Shown here piece after piece: positions 30,136-39,859 of a DNA stretch of 40,903 nt (the first letter of the stretch is position 1; each line of letters begins with the position of its first letter). Source of the DNA: a virus. The stretch covers positions 1 through 40,903 of IMG/VR virus record IMGVR_UViG_3300025536_000004, one strand, 5' to 3'. A program made the translations under genes and the position numbers. The notes under the pieces are model-generated. The model was not told where the DNA came from. It ran no database searches and saw nothing but the letters and a program-made list of their open reading frames with translations.

Positions 30136-30949
30136 ATTTATTGATGAGGGTAAACAACACCTTCATACACTAGACGGGAAACCGCTTATCGGAACGTCTA
30201 CTGCGTTGCAAGTGCTTGCCCGCCCTTTGACCTGGTGGGCAAGTGGATTGGCGGTTCAAGAGCTAGGCTGGATAAAGAAGTTAGACACTCGAAAGTCAAC
30301 GAAGGAAGAGTGTGCAAAAAATGCTATCGAAAGACGAGAGAGAGCCTCCGAGATGAAGACGAAGATTGAGTCTATGTCGCCGGAAGATTATTTAAACCTT
30401 CTGGATTGTGGCTATAAGGCTCATAGTGTGAAGCTTGATAAGTCGGCCGATAAGGGAGTTGATATGCACGCCGAACTAGAGAAGTATGTCTTGGAATGCC
30501 TTAATTTATCACTAGGGATTCCTTGCGAAACAGAATCAATCCATCCATCGGTACAGATATTCTCAAAGTGGGCGGTTGAAAACGTAAAAAGGTTTATCGC
30601 TTCCGAAGGATATTGTTACTCAGAGGAGTTGTGGGTTGGAGGAATCTTCGACCTGCTTCTTGAAATGAAAAATGGCGATATAGTTTTAATGGACTTCAAG
30701 AGTTCAAAAGAAGCCTATATGAGCCAGTTCTTCCAGTGCGGAGGGTATGACCTACAGATTACCGAGAATGGAATACTCGATAAAGACGGTAATGAGATGC
30801 AGAGATTAGAGAAACCGATTACTTCTTACGCCATCTTTCCTTTCGGTGCGGAAAAGCCTGAGCCTAAGTTTCATTACAACACAAAAGAGGCACAAGATGG
30901 ATTTTTGGCGGCGTTAGCACTTCATAAAATACTGAGTAAAACTGATTAA
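30107..30949 (+). CDS. PD-(D/E)XK (RecB/Cas4-like) nuclease, 280 aa (alternative start 30122)
   Basis: GGIFDLL...IVLMDFKSSK (D...D/ExK) followed by QFFQCGGY (QxxxY); N-terminal HLHTLDGKPLIGTS typical of phage exonucleases. Confidence 0.6.
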   Translation: MKNTKMNRYKFIDEGKQHLHTLDGKPLIGTSTALQVLARPLTWWASGLAVQELGWIKKLDTRKSTKEECAKNAIERRERASEMKTKIESMSPEDYLNLLDCGYKAHSVKLDKSADKGVDMHAELEKYVLECLNLSLGIPCETESIHPSVQIFSKWAVENVKRFIASEGYCYSEELWVGGIFDLLLEMKNGDIVLMDFKSSKEAYMSQFFQCGGYDLQITENGILDKDGNEMQRLEKPITSYAIFPFGAEKPEPKFHYNTKEAQDGFLAALALHKILSKTD

Positions 30950-30991
30950 AAAGGTCGGCCAAAATAATAATTAACTAAAAATAAATTAACT

Positions 30992-31342
30992 ATGTTAATT
31001 GATAAATCACGATACCAGGAAGTAGGAACGGGTAAGACTTGGCCAACAAAGGAAAATCCTTTGAAGATTGGTGATAGTGTAGAGGGGCGCTATGTTGACA
31101 AGCGAGTTGAACAGGGGCCAAACAAGTCTAACTTGTATGCCCTAGAGCAAAGCAACGGGGATATTGTATGGGTATGGGGAAGTACGGTTATTGATAGAAA
31201 ATTTGATTCGATTGCTAAAGGTAAAATGGTGGCGATTGAGTATCTGGGAGTAAAGAAATCAGAAAAGCGAGGTGGCTCTGATTACAAGGATTACTGGGTA
31301 GGAAGCGGAATCCAGGTTGTTGGCGACGAGCCAGCTCTCTAA
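30992..31342 (+). CDS. Hypothetical protein, possibly an OB-fold (116 aa)
   Basis: ORF track; beta-rich; next to the nuclease. Confidence 0.55.
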   Translation: MLIDKSRYQEVGTGKTWPTKENPLKIGDSVEGRYVDKRVEQGPNKSNLYALEQSNGDIVWVWGSTVIDRKFDSIAKGKMVAIEYLGVKKSEKRGGSDYKDYWVGSGIQVVGDEPAL

Positions 31343-31344
31343 TT

Positions 31345-31728
31345 ATGAAAATCAACGAACACATAGTAAGAATAGTCGGTGATGCCTATGTGCCTGAAGG
31401 GTTAGCTATGGATAAATCGTACCAAGGTTTATTCCAGGCTGATGTGAAGAAAATAGCTCATTCCTCAAATGAGGATGGAAGCGAGAACATTGTCTACAGC
31501 CTGAAACTGCTAACCCTTCAGATCGTTGATGAGGCGGGCAAAGCTCAGAAAATGAAAGATAAACGGAGTTGGAGCAAGAAGGTTCGAGGGGCAATCTATC
31601 ACTTATGGGAAGACCGAGGGGGTGAGGATACTGGATTTAACGAGGAAGCGTTTTACGATGCCTTTCAAGCTAAATTTCTAAGACACTTTGACTCTATTGC
31701 CGAGTATATGAGGAACATAAAAGAATAG
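31345..31728 (+). CDS. Hypothetical protein (127 aa)
   Basis: ORF track; 2 nt after the upstream stop. Confidence 0.6.
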   Translation: MKINEHIVRIVGDAYVPEGLAMDKSYQGLFQADVKKIAHSSNEDGSENIVYSLKLLTLQIVDEAGKAQKMKDKRSWSKKVRGAIYHLWEDRGGEDTGFNEEAFYDAFQAKFLRHFDSIAEYMRNIKE

Positions 31729-31745
31729 CGAACAAGTTTACTGAA

Positions 31746-32015
31746 ATGCCAAGACATACAAAAGAAAAGTTACTAGAGGATGTACACAAGATAAGCGTCA
31801 AAGCGGCGGGCGACGGGTATGGAATCGGAGCTAGAGATTACTTTGCTCTTGGGTATATGTGCGGCAAGTATGGAGTTGAGCGACTATACGATAACCAAGA
31901 GGAAGTCATAAAAGGGTGTCAGGAGTATGACAAAACCGACGAGTTGGCCTTATTAGACACTATCGGGGAAACTTTGATTGATATGGAGGTAATCAAAAAC
32001 GATGGCCGATTATGA
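31746..32015 (+). CDS. Hypothetical protein (89 aa)
   Basis: ORF track. Confidence 0.55.
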   Translation: MPRHTKEKLLEDVHKISVKAAGDGYGIGARDYFALGYMCGKYGVERLYDNQEEVIKGCQEYDKTDELALLDTIGETLIDMEVIKNDGRL

Positions 32016-32371
32016 TAGAAACCAAACAACAAGCTCTCGACCTATTCGAGGAAACCCGACAAAACTTCTTAAAGAAGTGTCGCTCGGTAGCCAGAGATAT
32101 AGCTCGTACAAAAGAGAGCATAACAATTGATGATGTAAGACTTCAGGTTCAGCTACCAGAAGGACTAGACGGGCGAGTATTCGGGGCGGTGTTTCATTCG
32201 GACGAATGGGAGAAAGTTGGGTATATAAATTCCAAGCAAAAGGAAAATCACGGACGACCGATTGGAGTATTCAAAATAAAGAATCCAAAACCGCCAGAAA
32301 TGTCAGAGAAAGTTAGGGAAATAACCAGCCTTTTAGAATCAAAAGTCGAAAAATCAAATACGTTGTTTTAA
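32012..32371 (+). CDS. Hypothetical protein (119 aa)
   Basis: ATGA overlap. Confidence 0.6.
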   Translation: MIETKQQALDLFEETRQNFLKKCRSVARDIARTKESITIDDVRLQVQLPEGLDGRVFGAVFHSDEWEKVGYINSKQKENHGRPIGVFKIKNPKPPEMSEKVREITSLLESKVEKSNTLF

Positions 32372-32550
32372 TGGAAAAAGTATACAAGATAGTTGTTACT
32401 ACGGATTTAAGCAATGACGAATTCGAGTTAGAAGTTGATAGTTTTTTAAGGAATACATCGGCGAGAAAGAGGATAGATTTAGTTCTTGAAATGACGGACG
32501 AAGAAGTGGAAAAAGAGTATTCAAAGCAAACCGAAATTGTGGTAAAATAA
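32371..32550 (+). CDS. Small acidic protein (59 aa; below the track cutoff)
   Basis: TAATG overlap. MEKVYKIVVTTDLSNDEFELEVDSF... Confidence 0.45.
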   Translation: MEKVYKIVVTTDLSNDEFELEVDSFLRNTSARKRIDLVLEMTDEEVEKEYSKQTEIVVK

Positions 32551-32555
32551 GAGGA

Positions 32556-32948
32556 ATGTATATTTCGGTAAACACAGTTCCCTTCAAGAAGCTCAAGAGT
32601 ACGAAGGCTTGGAAATTGACATCTGAATTAGTCAGAAAATTGGCGAAGGGAAGGTGTTATACCTGCGGGAGAATTGTCCCATTCAGTAAGTTAGTTGCCG
32701 GACACGCCATAGAGAAGATAGGAAAGGCTGGTATTTATTTCGATTTAGATTGTCTAAGGGGTCAGTGTCAATATTGCAATCGGAGGCTTCACGGAAACTA
32801 TGCCGTTTATACTCTTAAACTTATCAAGGAAATCGGGGAAGAAAGAGTAAGAAGAATGCACAAAAGGGCCAGACCAAAACAGTGGTCAAAAGAGGAACTA
32901 AAAGAAATAGAAAAAGATAGACAGGTAAAGATAAACAATAATGAGTGA
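32556..32948 (+). CDS. NinG/Rap-like recombination endonuclease (130 aa)
   Basis: CYTCG...VAGHAIEK...LRGQCQYCNRRLHGN...Y matches the lambda NinG family pattern. Confidence 0.6.
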   Translation: MYISVNTVPFKKLKSTKAWKLTSELVRKLAKGRCYTCGRIVPFSKLVAGHAIEKIGKAGIYFDLDCLRGQCQYCNRRLHGNYAVYTLKLIKEIGEERVRRMHKRARPKQWSKEELKEIEKDRQVKINNNE

Positions 32949-33786
32949 AAATAAATTCCAGACCGTACAATTACCAAACGAACTTTTCTTTTATAGAGGA
33001 AAGACCGTGCCTCATGGAGTCAAGGGAAGAAGACTAGACCGAGTTGAGTACCCAGACGAAGGAGGTATACACACATACTTTGAGGGGATGAAGTATCCAT
33101 TCAGGGGATTCCTAGATATGGGTAGTATTGGTCGGGCAAATATCGTGAAAAAGTATGTAAAGAAAGATTTAAGAATGGCATCGGTATCGCCACTTAGGTA
33201 TGTTGTTCCCCTTGTTTTTATCCTACCGAATTTTCTTTTCAAAAGAATCTTCAATACCTGGATTAGCCTACTGGCCCAGTTTTGCCACGAAGTTATGAGG
33301 GTTGACTGGTACGACTCTAATACTTATAAACTATATTCGGAACCAGTAGGTGAGATAATGAGGGTATTCTCTAAAACGGTAGACTTAAAGGATGATGAAA
33401 CGGCGTGGATAGTCCTCAGTATCTGTACCATCCTAGAACAGGACAAGGCGTACAGATTTCGATTACAGGATGCGTTTTCCCAGCTTAATAAGGATGCCTT
33501 CACATTGAATCCTCGCAAAGAGTTACGCAGAGTCATAATGATTCTCGTGGAACGTGATTCTGCTAGGGATTGGCGAGCTATGTCTAAGTTGATTCTTCTA
33601 GGATTATGGTTCGCCTCGGTATTCAGAAGAGATTTATATAAAAAGGTTATATCCTTCTTTGATGAGTTGAACCCGTGGAGATTAAAACTAGATACAAATG
33701 ACCTTTACTGGTGCTTAGCGATAGACGGTTATGACTTTCAAGGTAAGCCGTATGAGGAACGGGTAGCTCTTCAAAAAACCCTTTAG
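32941..33786 (+). CDS. Hypothetical protein (281 aa)
   Basis: ORF track; 8-nt overlap upstream. Confidence 0.6.
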   Translation: MSENKFQTVQLPNELFFYRGKTVPHGVKGRRLDRVEYPDEGGIHTYFEGMKYPFRGFLDMGSIGRANIVKKYVKKDLRMASVSPLRYVVPLVFILPNFLFKRIFNTWISLLAQFCHEVMRVDWYDSNTYKLYSEPVGEIMRVFSKTVDLKDDETAWIVLSICTILEQDKAYRFRLQDAFSQLNKDAFTLNPRKELRRVIMILVERDSARDWRAMSKLILLGLWFASVFRRDLYKKVISFFDELNPWRLKLDTNDLYWCLAIDGYDFQGKPYEERVALQKTL

Positions 33787-33789
33787 GTA

Positions 33790-33798
33790 TGGTATAAT
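33790..33798 (+). promoter_or_regulatory. Extended -10 promoter TGgTATAAT, 7 nt upstream of ATG 33806 (leaderless)
   Basis: taTGgTATAATagacgatATG; no SD. Confidence 0.5.
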
Positions 33799-33805
33799 AG
33801 ACGAT

Positions 33806-33982
33806 ATGCCCCTTCTCAAAGGCAAGAAAAACGAACGAAAGAATGTTGTCGAGTTGTCAGTTGGGGGAGTTGGTCCAGCCAGGCACAAGGCTATTGGAAC
33901 CATAATGAAGCGTAAAAGTATGAGTTATGAAAAAGCGAGACAATACCAGGCTAAAATAATCGCTCAAACACTAAATGGCTAG
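33806..33982 (+). CDS. Small basic protein (58 aa; below the track cutoff)
   Basis: MPLLKGKKNERKNVVELSVGGVGPARHKAIGTIMKRKSMSYEKARQYQAKIIAQTLNG; overlaps the next start by 8 nt. Confidence 0.45.
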   Translation: MPLLKGKKNERKNVVELSVGGVGPARHKAIGTIMKRKSMSYEKARQYQAKIIAQTLNG

Positions 33983-34268
33983 AGACGAAACACTATTAAA
34001 AGACCTCAAGAATCTCCGAGAGAAGGCGGCGAAGCAGGAAGAGGAGAAGAAATACTCGATTCTTTGCGACCATGTTCTTTTAGCCCCGACACCGATGAAG
34101 ACAGTTTTCATAAAGAGGAAACCGATTCATCCCAAGGACACAGGCAAGACCTTTCTCTGTGATTCATGTGCTATAGTCTTTGAGCATCAAGTCTTATCGC
34201 ATAATCCAGTAGGATTCCAAGCCCTAGAGGACAAAATATTCAGAAAGAATGTATCAAACTACCAATGA
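33975..34268 (+). CDS. Hypothetical protein (97 aa)
   Basis: ORF track. Confidence 0.55.
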   Translation: MARDETLLKDLKNLREKAAKQEEEKKYSILCDHVLLAPTPMKTVFIKRKPIHPKDTGKTFLCDSCAIVFEHQVLSHNPVGFQALEDKIFRKNVSNYQ

Positions 34269-34435
34269 AATTCAGATACGGTCAGACCGTAATAGTAAAC
34301 GATAATAAGAAGTTTTTTGTAAACACTATCGGGGAGATTATAGGGTATCAAACAGACGGGAGTGAGGTCATTTATTTGCTAAAAATCGGGGATAAGGAGT
34401 TCAAATTCAAAGAAAAAGAGTTATCAACACCATGA
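34265..34435 (+). CDS. Small protein (56 aa)
   Basis: ATGA overlaps at both ends. Confidence 0.4.
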   Translation: MKFRYGQTVIVNDNKKFFVNTIGEIIGYQTDGSEVIYLLKIGDKEFKFKEKELSTP

Positions 34436-34527
34436 ACTGGGAAGAACGAATAATGCAAGGATGTAAGATAGTAGTAGGACTATATGTCGTCTACCTACTT
34501 CAAGAGATATTACAAGCAGTACAATGA
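34432..34527 (+). CDS. Very small hydrophobic protein (31 aa)
   Basis: ATGA overlaps at both ends; IVVGLYVVYLLQEIL. Confidence 0.3.
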   Translation: MNWEERIMQGCKIVVGLYVVYLLQEILQAVQ

Positions 34528-34877
34528 ACACATTTACAGCAGAAATTAATCTCAAGATAGGAAAAAAGATATACAATCAAAAGATTGAGGTGGAAGATTT
34601 TAGTGTATTCAAAGAGGCAATAGGGGACCTTTATTTGAAAGGAAAAGCAACCTTACAGTCAGAACTATTTAAAAAATACCAAGGCAGGAAAGACAATATG
34701 GAGAACCTAAAAAAGGAGGAGATAGTTATAGTTTCTCCAGCCTTATATTTATCTACCTACGAAAAACTGGGGAAAGAGAGAGTAAGAGTAAATCCATTCC
34801 TTTCGGGGGCTGGAGGACTAACAAACGATATAGTAATAGTGGTTAACAAAGATTCACTAGAGGCTAAACTAACATAG
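34524..34877 (+). CDS. Hypothetical protein (117 aa)
   Basis: ORF track. Confidence 0.6.
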   Translation: MNTFTAEINLKIGKKIYNQKIEVEDFSVFKEAIGDLYLKGKATLQSELFKKYQGRKDNMENLKKEEIVIVSPALYLSTYEKLGKERVRVNPFLSGAGGLTNDIVIVVNKDSLEAKLT

Positions 34878-34878
34878 A

Positions 34879-35040
34879 ATGTCAGTGAATAAAAAGAAAA
34901 CATATTGGGTAGTATATAACCGAGGGGGGATGTCTAAGGAAGACACAATTGAAACCTGGGAAAAAGAGAAGGATTTAGTATTCAGAGAGGTAACTCCAAG
35001 AGGTAACCTTATATTTACAAAGAAGAATGCCAACGATTAA
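34879..35040 (+). CDS. Small protein (53 aa)
   Basis: ATG 1 nt after the upstream stop; overlaps the TerS start. Confidence 0.4.
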   Translation: MSVNKKKTYWVVYNRGGMSKEDTIETWEKEKDLVFREVTPRGNLIFTKKNAND

Positions 35041-35404
35041 TCAAGAAAGAGCAGCTAAAAGAGTTAAAGAGGTTATTGAAAAAGGGGAGAAGATAGATGG
35101 AGGAGACATATTGGAAAACATCGGATACAGTAAGTCAATAGCAAAGAACCCAAAACTCATATTTCAAAGTAAAGGATTCCAAGAGGCTCTAAAGAGTCTA
35201 GGCTTCTCGGTAGGAGCAGCCGATATGACTATTGCTAAGATTCTTAGAACGGGAAAAGAAGAGAATCAGATTAAAGCTTCCCAAGAGATTTATAAACGAT
35301 TCGGAGCTTACGAACAGGGAGGAGAGACAACAAGTAATACTTTTATTCAAATTAATATTAACCCCCCGAATGGAAAAGGTACTGAACATAAATCCGACAG
35401 CTAA
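35027..35404 (+). CDS. terS: Terminase small subunit candidate (125 aa)
   Basis: Directly upstream of and overlapping TerL; helix-turn-helix-like ILENIGYSKSIAKNPKLIFQSKGFQEAL pattern. Confidence 0.55.
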   Translation: MPTINQERAAKRVKEVIEKGEKIDGGDILENIGYSKSIAKNPKLIFQSKGFQEALKSLGFSVGAADMTIAKILRTGKEENQIKASQEIYKRFGAYEQGGETTSNTFIQININPPNGKGTEHKSDS

Positions 35405-36779
35405 ACAGTATGAGGCGTGGCAAGCTCTCCAAGACCAAGACATACGGGAGATTCATTTTGGTGGAGGAGCTGGAGGTGGGAAGAGTTGGCTTGGTTGCGA
35501 ATCAAGACTTGTAAGAGCTTTAGCTTACCCTGGGTATAAAAGTTTTATCGGAAGAAATGAACTTACTAGATTGATGGCTTCGGCTTTTGTTACATGGCAG
35601 AAGGTGTGTTCCTTGCATGGGCTAGAAGCAGGGAAAGACTGGAAGTTAAACGGTAAATATAACTATATCGAGTTTCCTAATGGAAGCAGAATCGACCTTT
35701 TAGACCTCGCTCATAAGCCAAGCGACCCAATGTATGAGAGACTAGGTTCTTTAGAATACACCGACGGTTGGGTGGAAGAAGCGGGTGAGGTTCCTTTTAT
35801 GGCGATTGATATCCTTCAGTCAAGAATCGGGCGACACAAGAACGAAGAATTTAACCTAAAGCCAGACACACTTTATACCTACAACCCAAACAAAGGCTGG
35901 GTGTATCGTATTCATAAGCAAGCTAAAGAAGGCACGCTTCCAAAAGACACAGTGTTTATTCAATCCCTTTATAAGGACAACCCATTTACGGCAGAAATTT
36001 ACGGCGAGCAGTTGAATAGAATCAAAGACCCCGCTATGAGAGCGAGGCTTCGAGAAGGTTCTTTTGATTACGATAACGACCCAGCAAAACTCATTGAGAC
36101 TGATGCAATTATAGACCTTTTCACAAATACGGTTGACGTTGGCGAGAGATACCTAACGATTGATGTGGCACGGCACGGCGTAGACAAGACTGTATTCTAC
36201 CTATGGGAAGGGTTTAGGGTGTATGGAGTAAGGATTTATCAAAAACAAGACACTCAGGTTACATCCGAGAAGGCTCGTATTGTCGCCGCCGATGAAAGAA
36301 TACCGTATAGCCATTGTCTTGCTGATGAAGACGGCATTGGTGGAGCGGTAGTGGATACGAATAAAGGATTCCAGGGATTTATTGCGAACACGCCCGCTAT
36401 GGAGAATAAAATAACCGAGGAGAAGGAGAACTACGCAAACCTACGGTCACAGTGTCATTACGTTATGGCTGATAAGATAAACAAACACATGATGGCTATT
36501 AATGTAAGACCAGAACAGTTTAAGTCAGAGGTTCCAGGACTTACTTTTGAGGTTTGGAAAGAGATGTTGGCCGAGGAGCTAGAGGCTATCAAGTCAAAAG
36601 ATATGGACAAAGACAACAAGCTGAAGGTTCGTAGTAAAGAAGAGGTGAAAGAAGAGATAGGAAGAAGCCCTGATTTCTCGGATACCTTAATGATGAGGAT
36701 GAAGTTTGACTACGGCACAACAGGAGTTGCACACGTTGTCAAGATATACCGTCCAGCATTGACAAGAAGGCAGTTTTAG
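35370..36779 (+). CDS. terL: Terminase large subunit (469 aa from ATG 35370)
   Basis: Walker A FGGGAGGGKSW; Walker B-like region WVEEAGE; C-terminal nuclease-type acidic motifs (LTIDVARHG, LADEDGIG); size and position before the portal. Confidence 0.85.
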   Translation: MEKVLNINPTAKQYEAWQALQDQDIREIHFGGGAGGGKSWLGCESRLVRALAYPGYKSFIGRNELTRLMASAFVTWQKVCSLHGLEAGKDWKLNGKYNYIEFPNGSRIDLLDLAHKPSDPMYERLGSLEYTDGWVEEAGEVPFMAIDILQSRIGRHKNEEFNLKPDTLYTYNPNKGWVYRIHKQAKEGTLPKDTVFIQSLYKDNPFTAEIYGEQLNRIKDPAMRARLREGSFDYDNDPAKLIETDAIIDLFTNTVDVGERYLTIDVARHGVDKTVFYLWEGFRVYGVRIYQKQDTQVTSEKARIVAADERIPYSHCLADEDGIGGAVVDTNKGFQGFIANTPAMENKITEEKENYANLRSQCHYVMADKINKHMMAINVRPEQFKSEVPGLTFEVWKEMLAEELEAIKSKDMDKDNKLKVRSKEEVKEEIGRSPDFSDTLMMRMKFDYGTTGVAHVVKIYRPALTRRQF

Positions 36780-36793
36780 CCTAGTATAATCCC

Positions 36794-37450
36794 ATGGAAA
36801 AACTAGAACTTTTGAAGCAAATTATCTCTCTTGCGACGGTTCTTTTGAACTTAGCCCTTAATCCAGCACTTCCAGCTGACCAGAGGGTACAGGCACTGAA
36901 CGATTCAACAACCATCCTTCGTGGCGCAAGCCAGATGATTGTAGCTTTGAATGCGAGTTCAACCACTACATTCCCCACCTCAACACTCCCAGAGGCACAG
37001 ATACAGACTTCTACACCAGAGACCATAGTTATGCCTCAGGTTATATATGTCCCTGTAGTACCTCAACTAGTCCCTGAGCCAATCTCACAACCAGTCCCAT
37101 CTATTTCTCTTGGTGCGGTTCCACAAAAGGTAAGGTCAGAGGTGATTGACTCTAACTTTGGACAGGATTTGTGTATTGGAGCTACTCGTATTGGAGTACA
37201 ATTCAGGTACAGTAAGAACGCCAGTTACACCGCCGAGGTAACCGTAGGAAACGATACACAGACTGTACCGATAACAAGTGGATTAGGATTCATTAATCTC
37301 GAACCTGATACGGTATATGAGCGAACGGTAAAACTTATTAGAGGAAATAACTTTGCTATCTCTCACGACAAAGTAAGAACTCAACCTGCCGACCAAGATT
37401 TCTGTGCGGGCGTTACAGGAATAAATGTTTTCGATGCGTATTGGGAGTAG
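36794..37450 (+). CDS. Hypothetical protein between TerL and portal (218 aa); helical N-terminus, Pro-rich linker, beta C-domain
   Basis: ORF track. Confidence 0.6.
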   Translation: MEKLELLKQIISLATVLLNLALNPALPADQRVQALNDSTTILRGASQMIVALNASSTTTFPTSTLPEAQIQTSTPETIVMPQVIYVPVVPQLVPEPISQPVPSISLGAVPQKVRSEVIDSNFGQDLCIGATRIGVQFRYSKNASYTAEVTVGNDTQTVPITSGLGFINLEPDTVYERTVKLIRGNNFAISHDKVRTQPADQDFCAGVTGINVFDAYWE

Positions 37451-37477
37451 TTGGTAGTAGCTTGCAATTTGTTTTTG

Positions 37478-37486
37478 TGCTATAAT
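37478..37486 (+). promoter_or_regulatory. Extended -10 promoter TGcTATAAT upstream of the portal gene
   Basis: TTGTTTTTGTGCTATAATA resembles 40341-40360; GTCTGGG box at 37500-37506. Confidence 0.5.
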
Positions 37487-37521
37487 ATATCTATCGTTGG
37501 TCTGGGGACGAGAAAGATTTA

Positions 37522-39552
37522 ATGATAAATACAATCTCTCTCTCCCGTTACGCGAGTGGAAAATCAAAAGGACTCATTAAGAGTCCTGTTTCTAGTTACA
37601 AACCTTCTAAGAAAGAGAAGGAGAGGATAGAACAAATCAAAAAGAAGTTCGAGCGTTCCTACTCAACCATGAGGAAGACGTATCGGCAGTTCAATAACAA
37701 GTCTGTCCTTGAGCTACAGGATGAGTGTCAAAAGCTCTTCTTGAATTACCGCCCCGCTAAGTCTAATGACCCTGATGAGCAGTGGAAATCTGATGCTATA
37801 CGTCCAATCGTAAGGAATCGGTCGGTTTCTATTGCTGCGCACATGACAAAGCAGGTGATGCAACCAAACATCATTGCTCAGAACGACCAGCAAGTATCCG
37901 ACACCGAAGCAGCTATCGTAATGCAAAACCTTATGGAGTACGCCAACTACGAGGCTGACTACGACCGAGGATTCTTCTACGCTGTTATTTCGGCTATTAT
38001 CAACCCAGCTGTCATTATCCATACTGAGTACCGCAAAGCGTATAGGACTATCAAAGAAATAGGCGAGGACGGAAGCTGGAAGAAAAAGGATATACTAGAC
38101 GAAGAGAACTCAGGTTTCAAAGATATGGTTGTTCCCGTTGAAGAACTCTATATCTCAGACATCTTCCAGCACGACATCCAGAAGCAGGATTGTTTAATCT
38201 GGCGTAGGGTTATTACCTATGAGGCAGCGATGGCTAAATACGGTGATAGAGATAACTTTAAGTTTGTGAAGCCAGGTGTCCAGGTTCTCTTCGACGGAGG
38301 AACAGACACATTTTACGAGCAGTATGACCAAGACTTAGTTGAGAAATTTGTTGAGGAACTAATTTACTACCACAAAGCTGAAGACCTACAGATTGCGATG
38401 GTAAGTGGTGTCTTGATGGACGACCCCGACCAACCAAACCCACGCCTTGATAAGAAGTACCCATTTGTAAAATCAGGCTATGAGTTGATTGACGAAGGTA
38501 GGTTCTTCTACTACTTTTCGTTAGTAAGAAAGATGAAAGATGATGCCGAAGTTATTAACACTCTCTACCGAATGTTAATTGATGGCACATACCTCAAGGT
38601 AATGCCCCCCCAGGCTATTTTCGGGGATGAGATAATAAACTCTTCGGTTATTTATCCAGGACAGATGACGACCTTCGGTAAGGATTCAAAGATACAGCCT
38701 ATTGATATTGGCATAGACTTGAACGCTGGCTTGGGCACCCTTCAGAAGACCGAATCGTCACTGTCCGAAAGTTCCAATGACACTATGCAATCTGGCCAAG
38801 GGATGGTTGGTTCTCAGACCGCTTTTGAGATTTCACGTCTTGAACAGAACGCCATGATTATGCTCGGACTTTTTGGTAAGATGGTGGCTTTCATGGTCAG
38901 AGACCTCGGCGAGCTACGGGTAGGAGATATTGTCCAGCATCTCACAGTAGGAGAAGTCGATGAGATTGTGGGGGATGATGCTTCTTTGAAATATCGTAGT
39001 TTCTTAGTTCCAGGACAGGTTAATCAGGGGCAGAAGGTGAATAACCGAATTGTTTTTGGTGAAATGCCCAAGGCAGAAGATAGTAAAGCGATGAGCGAGA
39101 GAGTCGCGATGATGGAGGGTGGTGCAGGGATGGATCAAATGGATAGTATCTCTCAAGAGCAAAAGGATAGCTTCTTAAAGAAGGGAATTGAAGGAGACAC
39201 TAGACTCTTTATTGTGAACCCTGAACTATTTCGGGGGCTTAAGTATAAAGTTATGATTTCTCCAGAGATGGCTCAGCCGCAAAGTGAGAACTTCAAGAAG
39301 GCATTGGCTCTCGAAGAATTTGACCGACTCATCCAGCTTCCGTTTATTGACCAAGAAGCAGTCACCAAAGACCTACTCTTGGGTATTTACGAGGCAACAA
39401 GATTTAACGTGGACAAATACATCAAGAAGCAGGAGGTGTTACCAGCGATCCCTGAGGGTGAGCAGATGGGACAGCCCGATGGTCAACCAAGCGTTCTGAA
39501 CAAATTAATGGGAACTGGCAGAAGCCAGGATTTACAATCAAAGGTCTTATAA
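37522..39552 (+). CDS. Portal protein (676 aa)
   Basis: Size, position after TerL, and a portal-like N-terminal pattern (QWKSDAIRPIVRN...AAIVMQNLMEY); motif-level only. Confidence 0.65.
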   Translation: MINTISLSRYASGKSKGLIKSPVSSYKPSKKEKERIEQIKKKFERSYSTMRKTYRQFNNKSVLELQDECQKLFLNYRPAKSNDPDEQWKSDAIRPIVRNRSVSIAAHMTKQVMQPNIIAQNDQQVSDTEAAIVMQNLMEYANYEADYDRGFFYAVISAIINPAVIIHTEYRKAYRTIKEIGEDGSWKKKDILDEENSGFKDMVVPVEELYISDIFQHDIQKQDCLIWRRVITYEAAMAKYGDRDNFKFVKPGVQVLFDGGTDTFYEQYDQDLVEKFVEELIYYHKAEDLQIAMVSGVLMDDPDQPNPRLDKKYPFVKSGYELIDEGRFFYYFSLVRKMKDDAEVINTLYRMLIDGTYLKVMPPQAIFGDEIINSSVIYPGQMTTFGKDSKIQPIDIGIDLNAGLGTLQKTESSLSESSNDTMQSGQGMVGSQTAFEISRLEQNAMIMLGLFGKMVAFMVRDLGELRVGDIVQHLTVGEVDEIVGDDASLKYRSFLVPGQVNQGQKVNNRIVFGEMPKAEDSKAMSERVAMMEGGAGMDQMDSISQEQKDSFLKKGIEGDTRLFIVNPELFRGLKYKVMISPEMAQPQSENFKKALALEEFDRLIQLPFIDQEAVTKDLLLGIYEATRFNVDKYIKKQEVLPAIPEGEQMGQPDGQPSVLNKLMGTGRSQDLQSKVL

Positions 39553-39562
39553 ATAAAAAAAC

Positions 39563-39859
39563 ATGATTACACTAAACGAATGGAAGTCAATTAAGTGGGA
39601 GGATAGAGCGAGGATTATCAAAGAGTATAAGATTGGTCGGTCAGCTCCAACAAAGGTGGTACAGACCGCACCAGGTATGTGCGTGATGGCAGATGATGGT
39701 GTGAGACAGCAAGATCTCGTTATATTCGAGAATCTGAAATTAGGTGAGGTTTTAAATACGCTCGGTGGAGATGTAGCACCAAAGAAAGTCGCTGAGGTTA
39801 TCCAAGAGGCCGTAGTTGAAGCGGAGAAACCTAAGAAGAAGGTAGCCAAGAAGAAATGA
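39563..39859 (+). CDS. Hypothetical head-module protein with a Lys-rich tail (98 aa)
   Basis: C-terminus EKPKKKVAKKK. Confidence 0.55.
   Translation: MITLNEWKSIKWEDRARIIKEYKIGRSAPTKVVQTAPGMCVMADDGVRQQDLVIFENLKLGEVLNTLGGDVAPKKVAEVIQEAVVEAEKPKKKVAKKK

Noticed and set aside
511-39849. The remaining minus-strand ORFs of the track (for example 511..711, 8162..8401, 12120..12461, 13578..13925, 21239..21610, 24304..24672, 24923..25246, 37714..38022, 39547..39849)
   Set aside because: All are nested antisense within longer, better-supported + strand genes or within structured non-coding regions. None has ribosome-binding or promoter signals that I could see.
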